DNA of 57,111 nucleotides from Bacteroidota bacterium (GCA_041156925.1 JBEBDP010000011.1:1-57111), one strand, 5' to 3'. Counted from the first letter of the stretch, positions 19,294-30,206 are shown. Notes: generated by a model from the sequence alone, not told the origin. Program-made: numbers and translations.

Positions 19294-21762
19294 CTATTCC
19301 ATTGATTTGAGAAACTGCTCAAGTTCATACTCTGTCTTAAAGAGAACTTCACGCACCTTACTTCCTTTACTTGGACCAACAATACCAGCAGCTTCCAATT
19401 GGTCCATCAAACGACCCGCTCTATTGTATCCCAATTTTAACCTGCGCTGTATGAGTGAAGTAGATCCCATCCCACTTTGTACTATAAGCTGAGCTGCTTC
19501 ATTGAATAATGGATCTTTACTCAACAAATCTACCTCTCGATCTTCCATATCTTTTTCATCAACTACTTCAGGTAACTCAAAGGCAGAAGGATACCCTTGC
19601 TGAGCGCCAATAAATTCTGCTACTTTTTCTACTTCTGGCGTGTCCACAAAAGCACACTGGACCCTTGTAACCTCTCCTTGATAAGACACCAACATATCAC
19701 CTCTACCTATCAATTGCTCTGCACCGCCAATATCCAGAATAGTGCGGCTATCCACTTTGGATGAAACCTTGAATGCAATTCTTGCTGGGAAGTTGGCTTT
19801 AATTGTACCAGTAATGATATTCACTGAAGGACGCTGCGTAGCTACAATCAAATGTATACCAATAGCACGCGCTAACTGTGCTAAACGTGCTATAGGCGTT
19901 TCAATTTCCTTGCCCGCAGTCATGATTAAATCAGCAAACTCATCAATGACCAAAACTATAAATGGTAAAAACTTATGTCCTTTTTCTGGGTTGAGTCTTC
20001 TCGAAACAAACTTCTCATTGTACTCGCGGATATTTCTACATCCCGCATCTTTAAGCAAATCATAACGCTCATCCATCTCAATACAAAGTGCATTAAGCGT
20101 ATTCACCACCTTGCGTGTATCGGTTATGATTGCATCATCTTCACCAGGAAGTTTTGCAAGGAAATGTTTTTCAATGATTCTGTACAAACTCAACTCCACT
20201 TTCTTCGGATCTACAAGTACAAACTTTAACTGCGAAGGATGTTTTTTGTACAGCAAAGAAACAAGAATGGCATTTAAACCAACCGACTTACCTTGTCCCG
20301 TTGCACCAGCCATTAAAAGGTGCGGCATGGTTGCTAAATCGACAATAAAGTTTTCATTATCAATTTTCTTACCCAACGCAATGGGAAGCGCATAATCGTT
20401 CTTCTGAAACTTATCACTTGCCAAGAGTGACCTCATTCCTACAACACTTTTCTTTACGTTAGGCACCTCAATTCCAATCGTACCCTTTCCTGGTATTGGT
20501 GCGATAATCCTGATACCCAAAGCAGATAAACTTAATGCTATATCGTCTTCGAGGTTCTTGATACGAGAAATACGAACACCTGCTGCCGGAACAATCTCAT
20601 ATAATGTAACTGTTGGACCAACCGTCGCAAAAATTTTCTGAATATCAATATCGTAATTCTGAAGTGTTTTGATGATTTGCGTCTTGTTGGCTTCCAATTC
20701 ACTTTGGTCCATCACAATTTTCTCACCGGAATGCTGTGCCATTAAATCTAATGATGGATACTTGTAGCCCTTCAAATCAGCAATAGGATCAAACTTGGGG
20801 GATGCTAAAACTGCAGCAGCTTTTGGTGCGATTTTTTCATCTACAACTGGCTTGATTTCTAAGTCTGGCTCGGCCTCCAACTCTTCTTCTTTGCGTTCTA
20901 CTTTTGGAAGCACAACCTCTTCAACTGGTGGCGTAATCAATACTGCAGGTTCTGAATGCAAAGGCTTCTCTTCTTTCAATTTATTCGATGCCTCTTCTAT
21001 CACTTCTAGATTCAATACAGCATCTTCTGTTTTCAACGAATTACCTTCTGTTAAGTCTAATCTTGGTTGTAGCACTTCAGGTTCTAGATCAACTTCAGGT
21101 GCAGCCTGCTCGAATTTAGTGTCGTCAATTGAGGCAGATTTGCCAAAAACAGGCAGCTTGAAAACAGGATTGAACCTCCAAATGAAATATGAAAACAAAG
21201 AAAGTGAGATGATGGAAAATGTACCCCACCAACCTATTACACCTTTCAACCAAGTAGAAGAAAACTTTCCTACAGCACCACCCCAATTAAAAGTGGCATT
21301 GGGCATGAAAAAAGAGGCACTCACACTAATTACGACTAGTCCCATTAATATGTACCTGATGTTGCGCGCAATAGAAAATACTTTTCTGCCAAACAACACA
21401 TTGACACCAACTACAAAAAACAGGGAACAAAACAGAAAGGACGCTATACCAAATCCATATTCAAAAAAGATATAGGCTGTATAAGCACCTAAACTTCCTA
21501 ACTGATTACTGATTTCAAGTTCATTGGGCATCAAAATCTTTGCCCCCATGTTGCGAACCTTGTCTTGATCTTCATTCCAAGTAAAGAGATAAGAAGCAAA
21601 CGCAACGAATAGGAAAAAACTGAAGAACAACAATACTGAGCCTAGTATTTTATGGGTGCGCTCATCTTTAACCAGCGCTTTGATTTCAACAGATTCTTCT
21701 TTTTCTGCTATCAATACCTCTTCATCAGTTTTTTGCTTCGGAGGTTTCAATCGATTGGCCAT
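19294..21762 (-). CDS. ftsK: DNA translocase FtsK
   Basis: N-terminal 4TM region; PHLLMAGATGQGKSV, DPKKVEL, IDEFADL, ATQRPS; C-terminal gamma domain (QRRLKLGYNRAGRL). Confidence 0.97.
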   Translation of the reverse strand: MANRLKPPKQKTDEEVLIAEKEESVEIKALVKDERTHKILGSVLLFFSFFLFVAFASYLFTWNEDQDKVRNMGAKILMPNELEISNQLGSLGAYTAYIFFEYGFGIASFLFCSLFFVVGVNVLFGRKVFSIARNIRYILMGLVVISVSASFFMPNATFNWGGAVGKFSSTWLKGVIGWWGTFSIISLSLFSYFIWRFNPVFKLPVFGKSASIDDTKFEQAAPEVDLEPEVLQPRLDLTEGNSLKTEDAVLNLEVIEEASNKLKEEKPLHSEPAVLITPPVEEVVLPKVERKEEELEAEPDLEIKPVVDEKIAPKAAAVLASPKFDPIADLKGYKYPSLDLMAQHSGEKIVMDQSELEANKTQIIKTLQNYDIDIQKIFATVGPTVTLYEIVPAAGVRISRIKNLEDDIALSLSALGIRIIAPIPGKGTIGIEVPNVKKSVVGMRSLLASDKFQKNDYALPIALGKKIDNENFIVDLATMPHLLMAGATGQGKSVGLNAILVSLLYKKHPSQLKFVLVDPKKVELSLYRIIEKHFLAKLPGEDDAIITDTRKVVNTLNALCIEMDERYDLLKDAGCRNIREYNEKFVSRRLNPEKGHKFLPFIVLVIDEFADLIMTAGKEIETPIARLAQLARAIGIHLIVATQRPSVNIITGTIKANFPARIAFKVSSKVDSRTILDIGGAEQLIGRGDMLVSYQGEVTRVQCAFVDTPEVEKVAEFIGAQQGYPSAFELPEVVDEKDMEDREVDLLSKDPLFNEAAQLIVQSGMGSTSLIQRRLKLGYNRAGRLMDQLEAAGIVGPSKGSKVREVLFKTEYELEQFLKSME

Positions 21763-21807
21763 TGTATGTACTACTAATTAGATAAGCAATCTCCTATTGG
21801 AGTTTTT

Positions 21808-21815
21808 CAAAATTA
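21808..21815 (-). promoter_or_regulatory. -7 element TAATTTTG for ftsK-lolA
   Basis: TAnnTTTG match, 45 nt above the ATG. Confidence 0.5.
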
Positions 21816-21859
21816 CATTTTTATTTCTGTTGAATTTCAATTAGTTCTGAATTGTAGCG

Positions 21860-22282
21860 TCAATTTTCTGAGCTATTTGCAGTGTGCTTATTTGTCGATT
21901 TGCCAGGAATTGAAAACAACAACCACAACCATCCTAATATAAATAAAACACCACCCAAAGGTGTAACCAAATTAAACAACCCTAAGCTGGTATAGCCTGC
22001 AAAACTCAAAACCACCCTTGCATAGATGGAGCCTGAGAAACAAAGAATACCAAAGAAAAACAATTGCCCTGCTAACCACATTTTTTTATCATGGTACTGC
22101 TTGTACAAAAAGCCAGCAATAAAAATGGCAATAGCATGAATCATCTGGTAATAGGTAGCCGTCTGGTATCCCTCTAACAAAGAGGGTGTAAGCAGTTTTT
22201 TCAGTAAATGAGCACCAAAAGCACCTAAACTAACAGCTATAGCCATCAGCAATGCTGCTGTTCTAAACATTCTCCTATGCAT
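21860..22282 (-). CDS. DUF423 (YgdD/TMEM256) membrane protein
   Basis: LGAFGAH, TATYYQMIHA, FSGSIY, TPLGG. Confidence 0.9.
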   Translation of the reverse strand: MHRRMFRTAALLMAIAVSLGAFGAHLLKKLLTPSLLEGYQTATYYQMIHAIAIFIAGFLYKQYHDKKMWLAGQLFFFGILCFSGSIYARVVLSFAGYTSLGLFNLVTPLGGVLFILGWLWLLFSIPGKSTNKHTANSSEN

Positions 22283-22820
22283 TTGTAATTTTTTGGATTA
22301 AGGTTGAAGGATCCATTACGTCATCAATGGTGAGTGTCGACATACTATAGTATGGATACCTCTCTTCAAGTTTCTTTTCTATAAACTGATACAATTCACC
22401 ATCATTTAAACTGGCGATAAGCGGTCTCTTTGATTTCTCTTTACTCAAACGCATTGCTAATACAGCAACGGGCAAGTTCAACCAAACGGTAACGCCATTA
22501 GCGTTCATCCAATCCATGTTATCATGAAAGCATGGAGTTCCACCTCCTGTTGATATGATGCCAGCATATGTACTTGATACTGATTGTGAAAGTAATTGAT
22601 GAGCTGCTTGTTGTAATGCCGCTGTTTCAATATTTCTAAATGAATCCTCTCCTTCAGTTCTAAAAATTTCAGAGATAGTCCTGTTTTGTTGCTCCTCTAT
22701 CCAACCATCTAAATCTATAAATGGTAAATCGAGTTGTTTAGCAAGCAGGTGCCCTTCGTGAGATTTGCCAGAACCCATGAAGCCGATGAGAAAAATCAAT
22801 TTCGGATGTTGATCACTCAT
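22275..22820 (-). CDS. aroK: Shikimate kinase
   Basis: LIGFMGSGKS, FIDLD, GEDSFR..E, STGGG, RPL. Confidence 0.93.
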   Translation of the reverse strand: MSDQHPKLIFLIGFMGSGKSHEGHLLAKQLDLPFIDLDGWIEEQQNRTISEIFRTEGEDSFRNIETAALQQAAHQLLSQSVSSTYAGIISTGGGTPCFHDNMDWMNANGVTVWLNLPVAVLAMRLSKEKSKRPLIASLNDGELYQFIEKKLEERYPYYSMSTLTIDDVMDPSTLIQKITNA

Positions 22821-23998
22821 GAAAATGCATTGATGCCGGTAATATCCATTCCGGTAATAAGCAGATGTATATCGTGTGTTCCTTCGTAAGTAATTACACT
22901 TTCTAGATTCATCATATGGCGCATCACCGAATATTCATCAGTAATACCCATGCCACCTAGAATTTGTCTTGCATCTCTACATACGTCTTGTGCCATAGCA
23001 CATGCATTTCGCTTACCCATACTCACTTGTGCAGGTGTTGCTTTGCCTTCGTCCATTAAAACAGCTAAACGCCAATTAAGAAGTTGTGCCTTTGTTATTT
23101 CAGTGAGCATCTCTGCTAATTTCTTTTGTTGCAGCTGGAAGCCAGCAATTGGTCTTCCAAATTGTGATCGTTCTTTTGCATAACGAAGTGCAGTATCATA
23201 ACAATCCATAGCTAATCCAACTGCACCCCATGCAATACCGAACCTAGCTTTGGTGAGACAAGAAAGCGGCCCTTTCAATCCTTTTACACCAGGTAGAATA
23301 TTTTCTTTAGGAATTTTTACATCCTCAAAAACCAACTCGCCCGTTGCAGATGCTCTTAAACTCCATTTCCCATGTATTTCTGGCGCTTTAAATCCTTCCA
23401 TACCTTTTTCAACAATCACACCAACAACATCTCCCTGATCATCTTTTGCCCAAACTACTGCAACATCAGAAAAGGGTGCATTGCTGATCCACATCTTACT
23501 GCCATTCAAAATATAATGATCGCCATTACTTTTTATACGTGTTAGCATTCCAGCAGGATTACTGCCATGATCCGCTTCGGTCAGTCCAAAACAACCCAAC
23601 CACTCTCCTGAAGCCAATTTGGGTAAATATTTATTTTTCTGCTCTTCACTTCCATACTTGTATATGGGATACATCACCAATGATCCTTGAACGCTTGCAG
23701 TCGACCTAACCCCACTATCTCCTCTTTCCAATTCTTGCATCATCAAACCATAACTGATATGATCCAGTCCACCTCCACCATATTGTGTTGCTACGGTAGG
23801 ACCAAAACAACCCAAAGCACCCATCTCTTTCACAATATGAAATGGAAATTTTGCTTGCTGAGCTGCATCTTCAATAATTGGAGAAATAGATTGCTTTACG
23901 TAATCACGAACTGCTGATCGGATCATCAGGTGTTCTTCCGTTAACAAATCGTCTATATTAAAATAATCAGGCGACTCAAAAAGATCTTGACGTGGCAT
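22817..23998 (-). CDS. gcdH: Glutaryl-CoA dehydrogenase-type acyl-CoA dehydrogenase
   Basis: ELERGDSGVRS, GCFGLTE..GS.P, KWSLRASATG, LGGMGI, NLESVITYEGTHDIH. ATG at 23998 preceded by TAATTTTG. Confidence 0.85.
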   Translation of the reverse strand: MPRQDLFESPDYFNIDDLLTEEHLMIRSAVRDYVKQSISPIIEDAAQQAKFPFHIVKEMGALGCFGPTVATQYGGGGLDHISYGLMMQELERGDSGVRSTASVQGSLVMYPIYKYGSEEQKNKYLPKLASGEWLGCFGLTEADHGSNPAGMLTRIKSNGDHYILNGSKMWISNAPFSDVAVVWAKDDQGDVVGVIVEKGMEGFKAPEIHGKWSLRASATGELVFEDVKIPKENILPGVKGLKGPLSCLTKARFGIAWGAVGLAMDCYDTALRYAKERSQFGRPIAGFQLQQKKLAEMLTEITKAQLLNWRLAVLMDEGKATPAQVSMGKRNACAMAQDVCRDARQILGGMGITDEYSVMRHMMNLESVITYEGTHDIHLLITGMDITGINAFS

Positions 23999-24114
23999 AG
24001 CATCAATTTCTACAAAATTAATCAAAAATGCTGCTTGTTTATTGGGTATTCCTTTAGCTATAAGTTAATATTGAAACGTAGAAAACTATGTTTAATTTAG
24101 CGTAAAATTAGTCG

Positions 24115-25506
24115 ATGACACAGGTTGTAAATAACCATAGCATACAAGAGCAATTTGAGCTCATCCTAGCGGATGAGAACAAAATGCGTATGCATGAGTT
24201 TCTCAACAACCTGAATATCAGTGATGTTGCTTTATTGATTGAAGAATATGAAGAAAATGCAACAGAAATCGTAGCTGCTCTCTCCGTTCATCGTGCCGCT
24301 AGTACCTTTAAAATTCTTGAACTTAGCGCCCAAAAAACCATCATTCAAGACCTGCAGCCGCTTAAAACAGCAGCCTTATTGAATGAACTGCCAGCGGATG
24401 ACCGTACTTCTTTTTTGGAGGAACTACCCACCAGCGTGGTTAGGGAATTGATCAAATTGCTCAACCCAGAAGAACGCAAAATCACCCTATCGCTTTTAGG
24501 TTACCCTGAGGACAGTGTGGGTCGATTGATGACGCCTGACTATATTGCTGTTCAAGCCGACTGGACCATCGCCGAGGTATTGGAGCATATCAGAGAAGTG
24601 GGGCAAGAATCAGAGACTATCGATGTGATTTATGTGATCAACGATCAAGGTCAATTGGTAGACGACGTTAGGATCAGAGAATTTTTATTATCCCCTCCAG
24701 ATAGATTGGTAAGTGAACTGACCGATGGCAGATATATCGAACTAAATGTATACGACGATCAGGAAAAAGCCAACCAAGTATTCAAAATGAATAACAGAGT
24801 GGCACTCCCAGTTGTAGATAACAATAACTTCCTTTTGGGTATTGTCACCATCGACGACGTACTTTGGGTTGCCAATGAAGAGTTCAGCGAAGACATGCAG
24901 AAGATGGGTGGTACAGAAGCTTTGGAAGAACCCTATTTGGAAATCTCTATTTTCAAGCTATTCAAAAAAAGAGTCGGTTGGTTAATTGTACTTTTCCTTG
25001 GAGAAATGTTGACTGCTACCGCCATGGCCAATTATGAACTGGCGCTCGACAAAGCACTTATTCTTTCCCTGTTTATCCCTTTGATTATCTCTAGCGGCGG
25101 TAATACAGGATCACAAGCCTCTTCACTGATTATACAAGCGCTAACGGTTGGCGAAGTGACTATAGCAGATTGGTGGAGTGTGATGAGAAGAGAAATTATT
25201 TCCGGCTTATTATTGGGTGCTGTATTGGGATTGATTGGATTTTTTAGAGTTGTCCTTTGGTCTCAAATCTTTCCCGAAGTATATGGCGCACATTACTTGT
25301 TGATTGCATCAGTGGTTGGTGTATCACTAATCGGTGTTGTACTGTTTGGCACGATATCAGGATCAATGCTACCTATTGCATTAAAAAAATTAGGTGCAGA
25401 CCCTGCGGTATCATCTGCACCATTTGTAGCAACACTGGTTGACGTAACCGGTGTCATCATTTATTTTAATTGTGCTTACCTCTTCCTAAAAGGAACCATG
25501 CTCTAG
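24115..25506 (+). CDS. mgtE: Magnesium transporter MgtE
   Basis: YPEDSVGRLMT, CBS pair, GGNTGSQ, DPAVSSAPFVATLVD. Confidence 0.96.
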   Translation: MTQVVNNHSIQEQFELILADENKMRMHEFLNNLNISDVALLIEEYEENATEIVAALSVHRAASTFKILELSAQKTIIQDLQPLKTAALLNELPADDRTSFLEELPTSVVRELIKLLNPEERKITLSLLGYPEDSVGRLMTPDYIAVQADWTIAEVLEHIREVGQESETIDVIYVINDQGQLVDDVRIREFLLSPPDRLVSELTDGRYIELNVYDDQEKANQVFKMNNRVALPVVDNNNFLLGIVTIDDVLWVANEEFSEDMQKMGGTEALEEPYLEISIFKLFKKRVGWLIVLFLGEMLTATAMANYELALDKALILSLFIPLIISSGGNTGSQASSLIIQALTVGEVTIADWWSVMRREIISGLLLGAVLGLIGFFRVVLWSQIFPEVYGAHYLLIASVVGVSLIGVVLFGTISGSMLPIALKKLGADPAVSSAPFVATLVDVTGVIIYFNCAYLFLKGTML

Positions 25507-26247
25507 TTAAATAGCCTGGTGATTAAATGGTTGCAATACCATCTCACTCACCACACCACTTGCAGGCTGCTGACACAAGAACCAAATTGAACGAGCAGCT
25601 TCCTCTTCCCTGATCATTTTATCTTTCTGCACTTTCAAATCAATAGTATCCCAGAAAGGTGAATCTACACCTCCCAAAAACAAATTCGTAATTCTGATTT
25701 CAGTCCGCTTCAATTCTTCACGAATACTTTGCATCATTCCAACAATACCATATTTAGATGCAGAATAAGCAGCAGCTCCCGCCATTGGAACCTTCCCTAA
25801 CACACCAGGAACATTTACAATCAACCCTTTTTTATTATCTTTCATTGGAGCAAGAAAGGTTTTTACAAAAAGAAAAGCACCAACCAAATTGGTTTGCAAC
25901 GACTGGTTGAATTCTGCCAAGCTTAGGTTGTCCATCGACTTAATAATTCCAATGCCAGCTAGATTGACCAAAATATCTGGAGTTCCCATTTCTTGTGCCA
26001 CTTTTGCCCCAAGTTGTAGCATAGCTGACTCATCAGCTATATCCAAGGCCAATGCATGTGTTGACCTCAAGCCTAAGTCATTAACCAAAGCATCTAATTT
26101 AGCTTGGCTCCTACCAGTAACGAAAACCTCCGCCCCACTCTGGTGCAACATTTTTACCAATTGTCTACCTATACCACCTGTAGCACCTGCAACCACAATT
26201 TTCTTTGCTGTCAGCTTTTCCATTTCAATACTTTTTGTCATAAACAT
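25507..26247 (-). CDS. Short-chain dehydrogenase/reductase
   Basis: GATGGIG, NLAG, YSASK. The start could be 26247, 26241 or 26223. Confidence 0.88.
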   Translation of the reverse strand: MFMTKSIEMEKLTAKKIVVAGATGGIGRQLVKMLHQSGAEVFVTGRSQAKLDALVNDLGLRSTHALALDIADESAMLQLGAKVAQEMGTPDILVNLAGIGIIKSMDNLSLAEFNQSLQTNLVGAFLFVKTFLAPMKDNKKGLIVNVPGVLGKVPMAGAAAYSASKYGIVGMMQSIREELKRTEIRITNLFLGGVDSPFWDTIDLKVQKDKMIREEEAARSIWFLCQQPASGVVSEMVLQPFNHQAI

Positions 26248-26273
26248 TCAAGCAGAAAAATTGTTTTGCAAAC

Positions 26274-27797
26274 ATGACCATTAGCTTGATATTTCCCCAC
26301 CAACTTTTCCACCAACATCCCGCAATAAAGGAAAATGAGCCTGTCTATTTGATTGAAGAAGAACTTTTTTTCAAACAATTCAAGTTTCACAAACAAAAGA
26401 TCATCCTTCACAAAGCAAGCATGTTTGCCTACGCATCAACTTTAAGAGCTGAAGGATTTGAAGTGAAGTACATAGCAGCACATGAAGGTCAGTCCAACTT
26501 AGAAAAGCTATTTAGTCATTTAAACGCCATTGGTACAAAACAAATCAGGTCTTGCTTCCCTAGCGACCAATGGTTGAAAAAACATGTTGATACTGCTGCT
26601 CACAAAAATAGTATAGAAATCCAGTGGATAGAAGGTCCAGATTTCTTAACCAGTCGAGATGAAATCAACACCTTTTTCAAAGGGAAAAAACATTACCACC
26701 AAACCGACTTCTACATCTACCAAAGAAAGAAATTGGGCATTCTTCTTGATCACAAAGGTTCACCTATTGGAGGAAAATGGACCTATGATGCAGAGAATCG
26801 AAAAAAACTTCCCAAGCAAATAAATATACCTCAACCAGTATTTCCTCAAGCTGATGAACACCTTAAAAAAGCATTTAAAGAAGTAGAAGCACATTATGCT
26901 GATTTACCAGGAGTTGCTACATTTAAAAACAATATTTTTCCATGGGCATGGACAAGACAACAGGCACTCAATAATCTAGCTGCATTTTTACAACACCGCT
27001 TCTTTCAATTTGGGGAATACGAAGATGCAATTGCAAGAGATGAACATTTTATTTTTCATAGTTTACTATCTCCTTCAATCAACATAGGGCTTATCACACC
27101 AAAAGAAATTGTAGACACCGCTTTGGCATTTGCCGAAAAACACAATGTACCCATAAATGCGACAGAAGGTTTTATCCGGCAAATCATAGGCTGGAGAGAA
27201 TTCATGCGTGCCACCTACTTGTTAAATGGCGGTTATCAAAGGACAAGAAATTACTGGGGATTTAACCGAAAAATTCCAAACTCCTTTTATACAGGCACCA
27301 CAGGAATTGAGCCAATAGATCAAACAATAAAAAAAGTATTGCAAACGGGCTATGCACACCACATTGAACGCTTAATGATTTTGGGTAATTTTTTCCTGCT
27401 TTGCGAGTTTGACCCTGATGAAGTGTACCGATGGTTCATGGAACTATTCATTGATGCATACGACTGGGTAATGGTACCCAATGTTTACAGCATGACTCAA
27501 TTTGCTGATGGCGGAACGCTTACAACAAAACCATATATCAGTGGCAGCAATTACCTCTTTAAAATGAGCGACTATAAAAAAGAGAAAGAGGTGAACCACA
27601 ACACATGGCATTACATATGGGATAGTCTATTTTGGCATTTTATGGACAAACAAAGAAGCTTTTTCTTAAGCAATCCCAGACTAGGCATGCTGGTACATAC
27701 ATTTGATAAAATGCCAGATCAAAAACAAAAAGACCATATTGAATGTGCGAAAGCATTTCTTAAAAAACTGGATACTGAACTGGAAACTGTAACTTAG
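26274..27797 (+). CDS. Cryptochrome/photolyase family protein, bacterial (6-4) photolyase (DPRP) type
   Basis: PHQLF, FHKQK, GGKWTYDAENR, FGEYEDA, EGFIRQIIGWREF, GYAHHIERLM, DAYDWVMVPNV, KPYISGSNY..KMSDY. Confidence 0.9.
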   Translation: MTISLIFPHQLFHQHPAIKENEPVYLIEEELFFKQFKFHKQKIILHKASMFAYASTLRAEGFEVKYIAAHEGQSNLEKLFSHLNAIGTKQIRSCFPSDQWLKKHVDTAAHKNSIEIQWIEGPDFLTSRDEINTFFKGKKHYHQTDFYIYQRKKLGILLDHKGSPIGGKWTYDAENRKKLPKQINIPQPVFPQADEHLKKAFKEVEAHYADLPGVATFKNNIFPWAWTRQQALNNLAAFLQHRFFQFGEYEDAIARDEHFIFHSLLSPSINIGLITPKEIVDTALAFAEKHNVPINATEGFIRQIIGWREFMRATYLLNGGYQRTRNYWGFNRKIPNSFYTGTTGIEPIDQTIKKVLQTGYAHHIERLMILGNFFLLCEFDPDEVYRWFMELFIDAYDWVMVPNVYSMTQFADGGTLTTKPYISGSNYLFKMSDYKKEKEVNHNTWHYIWDSLFWHFMDKQRSFFLSNPRLGMLVHTFDKMPDQKQKDHIECAKAFLKKLDTELETVT

Positions 27798-27819
27798 CCT
27801 ATCGAAATAAATCCTTAAA

Positions 27820-28917
27820 ATGAAAATCAGTTCCATAGCACTATACCGACTAACCATTCCGATGGAACCCTTTGTTATTGCGACAGAAACCTGTTATGCA
27901 GCAGAAAACATCTACCTCCAAATGCATACAGATGAGGGCATAACCGGCATAGGTGAATGTAGTCCATTTCCCATGCTTGTAGGAGAAACGCAAGACACCT
28001 GTTTCTATGTAGGAAAAGATTTGGCCAAGCTGTTAATTGGAAAAAATCCACTGCAAATAGAAGACCGTCTTCGTGAATTAGATGCCTACATCGCTTTCAA
28101 TAAAACGATTAAAAGTGCTTTTGATATGGCCATGCATGATATAGCAGCCAAAAAAGCAGGACTACCGCTATATGCCTTTTTAGGAGGTAAGAAAAAGGTT
28201 ATACAAACTGATCTTACAATTGGGATTAGCACACCAGATGATATGGCCAAAACAGCAATTCAGTTTGTTGAACAAGGTGTAAAAGTAATCAAAGTAAAAC
28301 TTGGCAAAAATGGTGAAGAAGACATTACCAGAATACAAAAAATAAGAGCCGCCGTTGGTCCAACTATACAACTGAGAGCTGATGCTAACCAAGGATGGGA
28401 CTTCAATACAGCAATAAACACACTGAATGCAATAGCCAAATATGATGTTCAATTTTGCGAACAGCCCATGCACAAAAGATATGACCATCTCTTACCAGAA
28501 TTAAAATCGAGGGTTAGTGTTCCTATCATGGCAGATGAAAGTGTATTTGATCATTATGATGCAGAACGTTTAATCAACAACAACAGTTGTGATTATATTA
28601 ATATAAAACTGGCAAAATCAGGTGGCATACTTGAAGCTCAAAAAATTGCTGATACTGCTGCCAAATATAACATGCCTTGCATGTTAGGCGGAATGGTTGA
28701 AAGTCGACTAGCCCTTACAGCTAAAGTACATTTGGCAATGTCGCACAACAACCTACATTTTTATGACCTAGACACTTGCCTACTTGGACATCTTACAGAT
28801 CCAGTACTCAACGGGGCCAGATACAACAATTACTATTTAGAATTAGATGATGTGCCTGGTATTGGAGCTGATATAGATCCTGCATTTATTGCCAATGCTG
28901 AAAAAATTGTGATTTAA
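27820..28917 (+). CDS. Dipeptide (L-Ala-D/L-Glu-type) epimerase, enolase superfamily
   Basis: KxK motif KVK, metal ligands in DANQG/EQP/DES, NIKLAKSGG, DLD. Confidence 0.85.
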   Translation: MKISSIALYRLTIPMEPFVIATETCYAAENIYLQMHTDEGITGIGECSPFPMLVGETQDTCFYVGKDLAKLLIGKNPLQIEDRLRELDAYIAFNKTIKSAFDMAMHDIAAKKAGLPLYAFLGGKKKVIQTDLTIGISTPDDMAKTAIQFVEQGVKVIKVKLGKNGEEDITRIQKIRAAVGPTIQLRADANQGWDFNTAINTLNAIAKYDVQFCEQPMHKRYDHLLPELKSRVSVPIMADESVFDHYDAERLINNNSCDYINIKLAKSGGILEAQKIADTAAKYNMPCMLGGMVESRLALTAKVHLAMSHNNLHFYDLDTCLLGHLTDPVLNGARYNNYYLELDDVPGIGADIDPAFIANAEKIVI

Positions 28918-28926
28918 ACTTCTTTT

Positions 28927-29442
28927 ATGATACAGAAAAAATCTTCAGATTCGAAAGTGAATATGTCGGAGTTGGTTTTACCCAACGATACCAATTTCTA
29001 TGGCAACTTAATGGGAGGCCGACTCATGTACTGGATGGATATTGCAGGCGCCATTGCGGCAGGAAAACATTGTAATGTTACTTGCGTAACTGTTTCTGTG
29101 GACAATATCTCTTTTGATGCAGCAATTAAACTTGGACATGTAGTACATATTGAAGCCCAGGTTTCAAGAGCCTTTAAAACTTCAATGGAAATTCACATCA
29201 AAGTTTGGGGCGAAGACTTAACACAACAATACAAATACAAAAGCAACGAAGCATACCTCACATTTGTAGCAATCGACTCAAATGGTAAACCAAGACCTGT
29301 TCCTGAGGTGATTCCTGATAACGAAGAAGAAAAGAGAATTTATGATGGTGCATTGAGAAGAAGACAACTTCGTTTAATTCTCGCCAAGAAAATGAAGCCA
29401 GAAGAAGCTACAGAATTGAAAGCGTTATTTATACATGATTAA
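28927..29442 (+). CDS. Acyl-CoA thioesterase (HotDog, YciA-like)
   Basis: VLPNDTNFYGNLMGG, CVTVSVD, TSME. Confidence 0.9.
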   Translation: MIQKKSSDSKVNMSELVLPNDTNFYGNLMGGRLMYWMDIAGAIAAGKHCNVTCVTVSVDNISFDAAIKLGHVVHIEAQVSRAFKTSMEIHIKVWGEDLTQQYKYKSNEAYLTFVAIDSNGKPRPVPEVIPDNEEEKRIYDGALRRRQLRLILAKKMKPEEATELKALFIHD

Positions 29443-29444
29443 GT

Positions 29445-30206
29445 TTAAGCAGGACTAACCTCATGATGGTGCTTGCCTCTCATCATGAATTTTTTACTTT
29501 GCTCGATAGCATCCATAATCTGATCTAGAATTTCATCAATGCTCAGTGCTGGATCAAACTGCATGGGTTCTTTAAATTGAACGGATAACACTGTACCCTT
29601 TTTCTTGAATCTTAAACCCTTTCGATTAAATGCTCGCCAGAAGCCGTTGATTACAACAGGAACCACTACAGGGTTCATTTCCTTTACTATATGAGCAGTC
29701 CCTTTTCTACCTGGCGCAAAAGGTTTAGTTGTTCCTTGAGGGAAGGTAATGACCCATCGCTTTTTTAGCGCTTCATATATTTTAGTATAGTCATTAGCAT
29801 CAACATCTCTTTTTATATCCTTACCCCCCGCTCTCCAAGTCCTTTTGATGGTTATGGCACCAGCAAGTGTAAACAATTTTGTGAGCAGGTTATCTTTCAT
29901 GGTTTCCTCTGCAGCAACAAAATTCACATTAACAAAAGGGTTCAACAAATAATAAGGAAGCCCAAGCTTGTTATTTTTTCTCCATTTAAATGCACAAAAA
30001 ATATGGAGAAAAGCCATGACATCAGCAAAATAGGTCTGATGGTTGCTGACGAACAATACATTTTGTTTAGGCAATTGTTTTAAATACTCAGTGCCAGTTA
30101 TTTTGATTTTGTTCACGATGGCTAGTCCCGGATAAGTTAACAAACCCACTACTGCATAAAACAGTTTTCTAACCAGCTTCACTTTCTTTAAATGATCCAC
30201 CAACAT
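29445..30206 (-). CDS. 1-acyl-sn-glycerol-3-phosphate acyltransferase family (PlsC-like)
   Basis: SNHQTYFAD (HxxxxD-type motif) and FPQGT. Confidence 0.85.
   Translation of the reverse strand: MLVDHLKKVKLVRKLFYAVVGLLTYPGLAIVNKIKITGTEYLKQLPKQNVLFVSNHQTYFADVMAFLHIFCAFKWRKNNKLGLPYYLLNPFVNVNFVAAEETMKDNLLTKLFTLAGAITIKRTWRAGGKDIKRDVDANDYTKIYEALKKRWVITFPQGTTKPFAPGRKGTAHIVKEMNPVVVPVVINGFWRAFNRKGLRFKKKGTVLSVQFKEPMQFDPALSIDEILDQIMDAIEQSKKFMMRGKHHHEVSPA

Noticed and set aside
20795-21475. 226-aa plus-strand ORF
   Set aside because: It is antisense to the ftsK linker, has the Ser/Thr-rich composition of a shadow ORF, and shows no motifs.
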